From assembly GCF_000011125.1 (NCBI RefSeq), contig NC_000854.2, positions 810,001-842,000 on the forward strand: a DNA stretch of 32,000 bases. Direction: 5' to 3'. The stretch is from Aeropyrum pernix K1 (GTDB lineage Archaea > Thermoproteota > Thermoprotei_A > Sulfolobales > Acidilobaceae). Below, in pieces: positions 1 to 6,847 of the stretch. How positions within the stretch are numbered: the stretch's first letter is position 1; each line of letters opens with the position of its first letter. The notes below the pieces were generated by a model. That model was not told the DNA's origin and searched no databases. It worked only from the letters and a program-made list of their open reading frames with translations. A program made the translations under genes and the position numbers.

Positions 1-268
1 GCAGGTTGACAGCTATCACAGGGGGCGTCAATACTCGCGAAACCCTTCCGCCCCTGAAGGAAGACAGGAAGAACAGGATGTTACCTACTACCAGCATACC
101 CACCATTAGAGCCAGATAGATTGCCAGGACTATAACCCCCACGAGGGTGCCCGCCCCGCTAGCGCGGGTGTAGACGTAGCCGAGGAGCAGGAGGCTGCCC
201 AGGGCTAGGAGAAAGCCGAGTACACCGGCTAGAGCGGATATGTATGACAGTGCCCCTCGAGAGGCCAC
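1..268 (-). CDS. Partial hydrophobic membrane protein (N-terminal ~89 aa; runs off the window start)
   Basis: My own minus-strand translation from GTG at 268-266 gives VASRGALSYISALAGVLGFLLALGSLLLLGYVYTRASGAGTLVGVIVLAIYLALMVGMLVVGNILFFLSSFRGG... The frame stays open to position 1 and has 2-3 TM-like segments. It is absent from the ORF track because it is open-ended. Confidence 0.4.
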   Translation of the reverse strand, partial: MASRGALSYISALAGVLGFLLALGSLLLLGYVYTRASGAGTLVGVIVLAIYLALMVGMLVVGNILFFLSSFRGGRVSRVLTPPVIAVNL

Positions 269-303
269 TAAACCCCCAGTCCGCGATTTTAGTGGCTAAA
301 GTT

Positions 304-966
304 TTAATAGAGAGGCTTCCTCGGCCTGAGGACAGTGTAGGTGGCGTGGACCCAGCCCCCGCAGAGTATCCTCGTGTGTTGAAGCGCTAGCTCTACCCTC
401 CTATCCCTCCCGTCGAAAACCCCGGGGCACTCGGCGAGGCCAACGCCCCCTCCGAATATGTACGGCGCTATAGTGGCCCTCACCTCATCAACAAGACCCT
501 TCTCAAGCATAGCGCAGTTCAGCCCTCCCCCACCCTCCACCATCAAAACCCTTACACCCAGCCTCTCCCTAAGCACCGCCACAGCCCTCTCCAGATCCAC
601 CTTCCCCCGGCCAGCCTCGACAACCTCCACTCCCCTCTCGAGATAGGGCTTCAGCCTCTCCCGGCTGTGGCCCTCGGCTGTGACAAGAACGCTCCCCCGC
701 CGCAGCCCCGCGACGTCCGGGGGCACTTTCAGGCCCGAGTCGACTACGACCCTTAGAGGGCTCCTACCACGGGCCAGCCTCACGGTGAGCCTCGGCCTGT
801 CTAGCACCGCGGTCCTGCTACCCACCATAACCGCGTCGGCTGACGCCCTATACTTGTGCTGCAGCTCGAAGTCCTCCCTGCAGCTGAGGAGGCTGTAGCC
901 GGTGATGCTGGCGATCCTGCCGTCAAGGGTTGCTGTGCTGAAAATAAAGGTGTAGGGCCTGGCCAA
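304..966 (-). CDS. arfC: 2,5-diamino-6-ribosylamino-4(3H)-pyrimidinone 5'-phosphate reductase (stand-alone RibD C-terminal/DHFR-like reductase domain, archaeal riboflavin pathway)
   Basis: 220 aa. Family-typical strings are RPYTFIFSTATLDGRIAS, AVMVGSRTAVLDRPRLTVR and LMVEGGGGLNCAMLEKGLVDEV...IAPYIFGG. The size matches archaeal stand-alone reductases. Confidence 0.85.
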   Translation of the reverse strand: MARPYTFIFSTATLDGRIASITGYSLLSCREDFELQHKYRASADAVMVGSRTAVLDRPRLTVRLARGRSPLRVVVDSGLKVPPDVAGLRRGSVLVTAEGHSRERLKPYLERGVEVVEAGRGKVDLERAVAVLRERLGVRVLMVEGGGGLNCAMLEKGLVDEVRATIAPYIFGGGVGLAECPGVFDGRDRRVELALQHTRILCGGWVHATYTVLRPRKPLY

Positions 967-981
967 GCACTGGCACCCGTG

Positions 982-1275
982 TCACCCTGGTGAGGGGGAT
1001 AGGGTTTTAGAGAGTATGCCCGCTATATGCTCCGCCGCCTCCCGGAGGCTGGGGTGGAGGCTTTTCCTCTCGAGCACCAGCCTACCCCCACTGTCCAGCC
1101 TCGCAAGGCCTGCTATGAGGAAGTGCTCCACGGCCTTCTCAACATCCTCCGGGGAGAATAGTGCTGGGCCTCTGCCGCTGTACACCTTGGCGAGCTCCAC
1201 CACCTCGCCCGCCGTGCGGGGTCCTAGCCAGAGCACCCCTAGGAGGAATTCCCGCCTGGTCAGTGGGGGGGTCAA
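982..1275 (-). CDS. Small hypothetical protein, possibly a winged-helix DNA-binding fold
   Basis: 97-aa ORF with a TTG start, co-directional with and 15 nt upstream of the reductase gene. The helix-rich pattern GPRTAGEVVELAKV...VEKAVEHFLIAGLARLDSGGRLVLE resembles wHTH proteins. I recognise no firm motif. Confidence 0.45.
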   Translation of the reverse strand: MTPPLTRREFLLGVLWLGPRTAGEVVELAKVYSGRGPALFSPEDVEKAVEHFLIAGLARLDSGGRLVLERKSLHPSLREAAEHIAGILSKTLSPSPG

Positions 1276-1404
1276 CGCATGCTCACCCTGTTCACATTTG
1301 AAAATGCCGGGACAAACGGGGGTCTCCGGGAGTGTTTTCCTTCACCAGGGCCTGTGGGGTTGGAGCCCCCGGGATACCCGTGTAATACGCGATGTAGCCG
1401 GTAT

Positions 1405-1430
1405 TACTCTGGGCTCCCTACTCTGGGCTC
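1405..1430. repeat. 12-bp direct repeat TACTCTGGGCTC x2 (1405-1416 and 1419-1430) in the divergent intergenic region
   Basis: Read directly from the sequence. The two copies are separated by 'cc'. The first copy overlaps the 3' arm of the 1362-1417 nested hairpin. Confidence 0.8.
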
Positions 1431-1530
1431 TAAACCTACGTCATTGAGGTAATACTCAAATTAGCCTTGCGGCCCAGCAGTAGTTCTATGGGTTTAAAGG
1501 CTTAGCCCGGGATTGTGTGGTGCTGTTTTA

Positions 1531-3462
1531 ATGCCTCGAGGGGGCGCCGGGAGGGTTAAGTCTAAGATTGTCAAGGACGTGGTCCATCAGTTTATAGAGC
1601 TACCCTCGGACCTTGTCGCCACCATTGTAGACAGGCCCCTCTTCCAGAGGCTCCGGAGGGTGAGGCAGCTGAGCCTGGCGGACTACGTCTACCCGGGCGC
1701 GGTGCATACGAGGTTTGAGCATAGCCTGGGAGTGGCCTACACTATGAGGAGGGCTCTCCACCACATTGTGAAGAATGTTGAGGAGATAGTGCTGCCCTCC
1801 GTCGCCGAGTATATAGAGGATGAGTACCCCCTGAAGGGGGGCCTCCAGAAGAGGCTCCAGGGCATTGCCACCCACCTCATAAGGGATGTTACAAATGCCC
1901 TCCGGAATATGGAGGGGGAGGCCGTTGTGGCCGCTCTCCTCCACGACTCGGGCCATATTATGGCGAGCCATATAGCAGAGCAGGCTCTCCACGACCCACT
2001 GATCATGGTTGCCCCTCGGGCAGTCCGGGAGCTGCCCCTACTGGAGGAGCACGAGGACCTCACCATAAAGATCGTGTCAAAGCTTGCCGACGAGGATGTG
2101 GAGATCCTCTATGGAGGTAGGAGGGTGGACCTACGGAGGGTTGTTGAGATACTCAGGCTAGCCTACTCCCGTGGGGAGTGGGAGAAGAGGTGTATTCGGG
2201 ACGCCGAGTACCAGGCCCCTACAGCCCCGGGGGGGCTCGGGGAGAGCGCGAGGGCTTCTCGCTACGCCACGGTAGCGGCTATGTGCATCATAGCACAGCT
2301 CCTAAGCTCCGGCATCGACGTCGACAGGGCTGACTATATAATTAGGGACAGCATACATACGGGGAGCCTCTCGGGCATATACGATATTAACCGCTACTAC
2401 GCGGTACTCACCCTTGTCCCGGAGGCGAGGCATACCCACTCCACCCTCAAAGCCTCCCTCCGCCTGGGGATTCTGGAGAAGGGTGTAACGGTAATCGAGA
2501 ACATGCTTCTGGCCAGGATCTACATGTACAGCGACGTCTACCTCCACGACGTCTCCATGATATACTCGGCCATGCTCTCTAGGGTAATAAGTCTGCTATA
2601 CATAGCCGCCGCCCACCTCCAGGCAGACGCGAGCGAGGGCCTGATAGCCGGGAGGGAGGAGGCTAAGAGGCTTCTAGACAGGTACCCCGCCCTCGAGGCC
2701 CTTGCGCTGCTCCAGCACGGGGTGGATAGGAAGAGTCTCAGCAGCCTTGAGGAGATGCTTTCCATGGCCACCGACGACGCGTTGTTTGAGGCCATGACTA
2801 GGATAGCGTTTGGTAGGGCGGAGGACCTCGCCGGCTACATTATAGCCCTTGGCGATAAGCTTCAGTCAAGCGACAGGAGGGCCAGGTCTTGGTATAGGGA
2901 GGCCTGCCTAGCCCTACACCTACTGTCCTACGGGGTTGTGGCGCGCCGCCATGTGGACGCCCTTATATCCGGGAGCGAGGGCATAGTGCCGAGGCTCATA
3001 GACGCTATAGAGAGCGAGAGCCCACACATAACGGGGCTCATCCGCCGCAACACAACACCCTTGGTAACCCTCTCATGGTCCTCCTACAAGCCGTATCAGA
3101 AGGACCATGCCGGGGGTAGGATCTACGTCTTCAGGAAGCGCTATCCCCTAGAGCCTGTGGAGATAGTCTCCTCCGACCAGGCCCGCGTCTCCAGGGAGCT
3201 TGAGGGCAAGTCGTACTCCAAACTGCTGATAACCTACCCAGCCCTAAACAGCACCGTTCAGGGCGTGAGGCAGCGCAGGGACGAGCCGCAGATATGGAGG
3301 CATAGGAGGGGGAAGCTCTCACATGACCTCGCAAGAGGATCCACACTCTACAGGCTGCTGGAGAGGAGCTGTGGCGTTAACGAGGAAGAGGCTAGGAAGA
3401 CGCTCCAGACGGCCTCCTCGAGGGCTAGGGAGCTGGCGCTAGACCTCTTCAGGTACATCTAG
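1531..3462 (+). CDS. HD-domain phosphohydrolase, SAMHD1/COG1078-like (putative dNTP triphosphohydrolase) with a long C-terminal region
   Basis: Motifs: VKDVVHQFIELP...RPLFQRLRRVRQLSLADYVYPGAVHTRFEHSLGVAY (H..HD metal site part 1), AALLHDSGH (HD), DVDRADYIIRDS, and LLARIYMYSDVYLHD. The ORF track starts at TTG 1513. I prefer ATG 1531 because a TATA-like GTTTAAAG lies at 1492-1499. Confidence 0.85.
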   Translation: MPRGGAGRVKSKIVKDVVHQFIELPSDLVATIVDRPLFQRLRRVRQLSLADYVYPGAVHTRFEHSLGVAYTMRRALHHIVKNVEEIVLPSVAEYIEDEYPLKGGLQKRLQGIATHLIRDVTNALRNMEGEAVVAALLHDSGHIMASHIAEQALHDPLIMVAPRAVRELPLLEEHEDLTIKIVSKLADEDVEILYGGRRVDLRRVVEILRLAYSRGEWEKRCIRDAEYQAPTAPGGLGESARASRYATVAAMCIIAQLLSSGIDVDRADYIIRDSIHTGSLSGIYDINRYYAVLTLVPEARHTHSTLKASLRLGILEKGVTVIENMLLARIYMYSDVYLHDVSMIYSAMLSRVISLLYIAAAHLQADASEGLIAGREEAKRLLDRYPALEALALLQHGVDRKSLSSLEEMLSMATDDALFEAMTRIAFGRAEDLAGYIIALGDKLQSSDRRARSWYREACLALHLLSYGVVARRHVDALISGSEGIVPRLIDAIESESPHITGLIRRNTTPLVTLSWSSYKPYQKDHAGGRIYVFRKRYPLEPVEIVSSDQARVSRELEGKSYSKLLITYPALNSTVQGVRQRRDEPQIWRHRRGKLSHDLARGSTLYRLLERSCGVNEEEARKTLQTASSRARELALDLFRYI

Positions 3463-3544
3463 ACAGCGCACGCCGAGCCCCTAGGATATAATCGCCGCGG
3501 CATTCCCACCTAGAACATGGATTGCATGGGGTGCTAGCGTCGGG

Positions 3545-4045
3545 TTGCCAGCTAGGATAGTGGGGAAGCCTGAGTACCTGCCCGACCCGGTGTGGGAGTC
3601 TGTTATAAGGCTCCACGGCGCCGTGGATCCCGAGACAGGCCATCTCACCTGCCACCACTACCCTATAGCTCTACAGCTGGTTGAAACAGGCGGAGGACCC
3701 GTTCCCGCCCTCCAGGTCGGGGAGTGCATACTGATCGTGGCAGGCGCCACATACATATCAAGACTCCTCGCAGAAGCCAAGGATTCCCGCCTGGAGGAGA
3801 TTGGAGCCGACTATGCACTTGTGAGTGGCGTCAGGGTCTCCACAGAGGTCCTCGCCCACGTACTATCCAGCCTGCGAGACTGGAAGTCGCAGGTTAAGTT
3901 CTACACCCTCACCCTGGAGATAGATGGGAGGGCTAGAGGGGCTGCCGTGGCTGTCTTCCAGGATCAAGAGGGCGGATGGGCCGCTGTTCTCACGGACTGC
4001 GAGAGGGGCGGAGAGGAGAGCCGGTCCGAGACCCTACACCTCTAG
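3545..4045 (+). CDS. Hypothetical protein (166 aa), no recognisable motif
   Basis: ORF with a TTG start, 82 nt after the HD gene and 50 nt before the HDAC-fold gene on the same strand. Codon usage matches its neighbours. A TATA-like GGATATAAT lies near 3484-3493. Confidence 0.55.
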   Translation: MPARIVGKPEYLPDPVWESVIRLHGAVDPETGHLTCHHYPIALQLVETGGGPVPALQVGECILIVAGATYISRLLAEAKDSRLEEIGADYALVSGVRVSTEVLAHVLSSLRDWKSQVKFYTLTLEIDGRARGAAVAVFQDQEGGWAAVLTDCERGGEESRSETLHL

Positions 4046-4095
4046 ACCGCGCGGGGTGCTCCGTTCTGCCTGGAGGAGCGAAGCTCTACTACAGC

Positions 4096-5097
4096 ATGGC
4101 TTTCAAGATGCACGTGCCGCCGCGGGGCAGCGGCCACATAGAGGAGCCTAGGAGGCTGGACAAGGCGCTTAAAGCCCTTAAGAAGAGCCGCCTGCTTGAT
4201 ATGCTGGAGAAGGTTGACCCGGGGTTCCAGAGCCTCAGGGTCTTCGAGACCGTGCACGACCCCCTATATATTAAGGGAATCCTGGCCGAGCTGGAGGCCG
4301 CACTGGACTCGTACTTCATCGACAGCGACACGTACATAAGCCCCGGCACACAGGCGGCCCTTGAGGCGCTGGCAGCCTCGGTTGAGCAGGCTTCAGAGCA
4401 TGTTGCCGAAGGCGGTAAGGCGCTAGTGCTTGGGAGGCCGCCCGGGCATCACGCGGGAGTCGCTGGCCCGGGGCTGGGGGCGCCCAGCCTGGGAGCCTGC
4501 CTGGTGAACGCGGCAGCCTCTCTCGCATACAGACTGGCCGGGAGGGGTTTGAAGGTTCTCATCCTCGATTTTGACGCCAACCACGGCAACGGCACCCAGG
4601 AGATACTTCAGGCCCTGCCAATGGGCGATAGGCTGTTCCACCTAGACATGCACCAGGACTGGAGGAAGAGCTTCCCCTGGACTGGCGAGCCCGGCGTTAC
4701 TGGTGATGGGACTGCGTTGAACATAGTACTCCCTGAGGGGTCTGGCGACGATATAGTACTTGCACTCATAGAGGGGCTCGAGCCTCTTGTGAATGAGTCG
4801 GAGCCCGACGCTGTTGTTGTGAGCATGGGTTTCGACGGCTACTCCGGCGACAGCCCTCTCACCCTCACCAAGCTAACCTCACACACATTCCACGCGCTCG
4901 GGAGGCTGGCCTCCCGGTACCCAGTTGCAGCCGTTCTGGAGACAGGCTTCGGGAGGGGGCTGGAGCTCGGTCTCCCAGCATTCATCGCAGGCCTCCTTGG
5001 CTTGGGAAACCCTGTTCAGGAAGAGGCCATTAAAAGCGATGAAGAAGTGTGGAGGGAGTTTCTAGAGACGAATAAGGAGGTTGTGGAGCACGGCTAA
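4096..5097 (+). CDS. Histone deacetylase / acetylpolyamine amidohydrolase superfamily protein with non-canonical active-site residues
   Basis: Motifs: GRPPGHHAG (catalytic His pair), LILDFDANHGNGTQE (canonical D-x-D-x-H-H-G-[DN]-G), VVVSMGFDGYSGDSPL, and VLETGFGRG (canonical GGGY). I use ATG 4096 (MAFKMHVPP...). The track start at 3976 would overlap the upstream ORF by 70 nt. Confidence 0.8.
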   Translation: MAFKMHVPPRGSGHIEEPRRLDKALKALKKSRLLDMLEKVDPGFQSLRVFETVHDPLYIKGILAELEAALDSYFIDSDTYISPGTQAALEALAASVEQASEHVAEGGKALVLGRPPGHHAGVAGPGLGAPSLGACLVNAAASLAYRLAGRGLKVLILDFDANHGNGTQEILQALPMGDRLFHLDMHQDWRKSFPWTGEPGVTGDGTALNIVLPEGSGDDIVLALIEGLEPLVNESEPDAVVVSMGFDGYSGDSPLTLTKLTSHTFHALGRLASRYPVAAVLETGFGRGLELGLPAFIAGLLGLGNPVQEEAIKSDEEVWREFLETNKEVVEHG

Positions 5098-6503
5098 CCC
5101 TTATTCCTAGCCAATAGTATGTAGCCTGCCAACCCCACTATAGCCAGGCCTGCCAGGCCCGCTATTACTGTGAGCCCGCTGCCCTCCTCCGACTCTGAAG
5201 TCGCTCCTCCCGCCTGTTGGGGCGTGGTGGAGGTCTGCTGGCCGTAGTTTACCAGTAGCACTACCTTCTTCAGGATATCGATATTCTCCTTCGTGACTTC
5301 TACACTATCAGTCACAGCACCGTCTATGTACAGTGCATTTCCGCTCTCCGCCGAGAGGACTACGTTATACTCCTCAGGGCTGGCCGCCGCTGCCCAGAGG
5401 TATAGCTTCCTATGGGCCTCGAACGCCATGACGGGGTAGTCGGTGTAGCCTTCTATCTCAAGCTCAATGTTGTAGAGGCCGTTTGCAATTTCCGCGGCGG
5501 CCCTGAGACTCTCCACTCCCGCCGCCGCTCCAGCCAGGGAAGCTAGGTCCCCGTTTGCTGTCGCTTGGCCCCTAAGGGTGAATTCCCCTTCGGATACTGT
5601 GAGGGAGGCCTCGAGGCCGGCCTCACCCTCCTGGACACCCGCCAGGGCTGCTGCTATCCTTGAAAACAGTTCTCCCTCTGTGGTGTCTATGGTGAACTCT
5701 ATGGTGGGTGGCTCTGAGTCGCTCACCTCGAATTCAACCTGAACTCCTTCATGCTTATCAACCTCCTCAAGCAGCTCAACTATGTGGTCTATAACCTCTT
5801 CTTTGGCCTCTTCGTCGCTTGCAATTACGGTTATAGAACCCTCGGCGTAGAGTGCTCCGGGACCATTCTCACCGGCTGGAGAGGTATAAGTTATCGAGCC
5901 GTTGTACTCAAGCCTTACTTCCCCTTCATACTCTGGGCCTAGGAGGGCGGAGGCGCTGCCAGCTAGCGACCCCTGGTAGGTGCCTGCAAACCCGCCGTCA
6001 CTCTCCTCCAGTCTTAGTACGAGCGATTTGTCTAGCCAGCCTTCGCCGGCATCCTCACGATACTTCTTACAATCCACACCGCTCCACGAGGCTTCTCCAT
6101 CTAGCGTGGCTTCGAAAACGCCCTCAGACGCCACTACGTTTATGGTAAGGGTTTTCTCGAGACTCCCTATATCACATTCCTCGATATTGACTTCGCCTAC
6201 CGCCTCTAGTGAAGCCTGTAGAGCATCGCCGCTATAGTCAATGGAGGCATTAAGCTCCTCTATACTCACTAAGCCGCTCGGGCTGGCCTCGCCAACAACC
6301 TCTATGTAAGTCCTATACCCTGTGCTCCAGAATACACTATCCCCACCGAACTTGTCTATAGCTGCGTCGAAGACACTCCATGGGAGGCCCTTCCACGACT
6401 CCCCCTCAGCATGGTCCGCGAGAACGAGGACTCCGGGAACTGTCAGTAGGGCTATCAATGCGGTTGGTATAGCGTATAGCGCAAGTTTGCGGAGCATCAA
6501 CAC
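5094..6503 (-). CDS. Acidic secreted/surface protein with N-terminal signal/anchor and C-terminal Thr/Ser/Gln linker plus TM anchor
   Basis: 469 aa. The N-terminus is MLRKLALYAIPTALIALLTVPGVLVLA and the body is very Glu/Asp-rich. The C-terminus is QQTSTTPQQAGGATSESEEGSGLTVIAGLAGLAIVGLAGYILLARNKG. The start is GTG 6503 or ATG 6497. I recognise no enzymatic motif. Confidence 0.7.
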   Translation of the reverse strand: MLMLRKLALYAIPTALIALLTVPGVLVLADHAEGESWKGLPWSVFDAAIDKFGGDSVFWSTGYRTYIEVVGEASPSGLVSIEELNASIDYSGDALQASLEAVGEVNIEECDIGSLEKTLTINVVASEGVFEATLDGEASWSGVDCKKYREDAGEGWLDKSLVLRLEESDGGFAGTYQGSLAGSASALLGPEYEGEVRLEYNGSITYTSPAGENGPGALYAEGSITVIASDEEAKEEVIDHIVELLEEVDKHEGVQVEFEVSDSEPPTIEFTIDTTEGELFSRIAAALAGVQEGEAGLEASLTVSEGEFTLRGQATANGDLASLAGAAAGVESLRAAAEIANGLYNIELEIEGYTDYPVMAFEAHRKLYLWAAAASPEEYNVVLSAESGNALYIDGAVTDSVEVTKENIDILKKVVLLVNYGQQTSTTPQQAGGATSESEEGSGLTVIAGLAGLAIVGLAGYILLARNKG

Positions 6504-6847
6504 TTAATCACCTGCCGAGGACCTCCATTTACTATCATTATATCTTTGAAAGATATTTAACTAGGCCTGAACCCAAAGTTGAAGTGTTTGAACAACCTCT
6601 TACGCCTACCGGTTCTGCAAGAACCAGAATAATTTGTTAATCCTTGTTGTTGTGCTGATATTGTTACCTTTTGTTATTTAATGGAAGGAATTTTAACATT
6701 GTTGTTTAACATTGTTCACTATTAAAATATTTATAATCCAGGGCTATGTAAACACCTCGTACCCAGTCTAGGATTCCGGTTTGGGCTTAATAACATAGTA
6801 CTATTAATGATTATATTACGGCCTTTTCGGCTGGAGGGTGAGAGTTC
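6504..6847. promoter_or_regulatory. AT-rich divergent control region upstream of narG and of the acidic surface protein gene
   Basis: This is the most AT-rich stretch in the window. It contains the palindromes TATCTTTgAAAGATA (6541-6555) and GGTTCTgcaAGAACC (6611-6625), and eight TTGTT pentamers between about 6633 and 6717. TATA-like elements are AAAATATTTATAAT (about 6723-6737) and TTATATTA (6812-6819). An SD-like GGAGGGTGA lies at 6833-6841. Confidence 0.7.
6692..6717. repeat. Tandem 13-bp direct repeat TTTAACATTGTT(g/c) x2
   Basis: Read directly: TTTAACATTGTT occurs at 6692-6703 and again at 6705-6716, about 130 nt upstream of the narG start. Confidence 0.85.

Noticed and set aside
1016-1447. 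143-aa plus-strand ORF spanning the small wHTH-like gene and the intergenic region
   Set aside because: It has a Ser/Pro/Leu-rich low-complexity translation and lies antisense to a better-behaved ORF. It would also run through the promoter and hairpin region.
1276-1512. GC-rich stems (for example GGGGTTGGAGCCCCCGG), checked as a possible tRNA or other known RNA gene
   Set aside because: There is no cloverleaf, no T-loop consensus (GTTCRANYC) and no acceptor-stem complementarity. I report it only as an unclassified structured element.
3976-4095. N-terminal 40-aa extension of the HDAC-fold ORF as given in the track
   Set aside because: It would overlap the upstream 166-aa ORF by 70 nt and reads as Arg/Gly-rich off-frame-like sequence. 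The ATG at 4096 gives a natural N-terminus.
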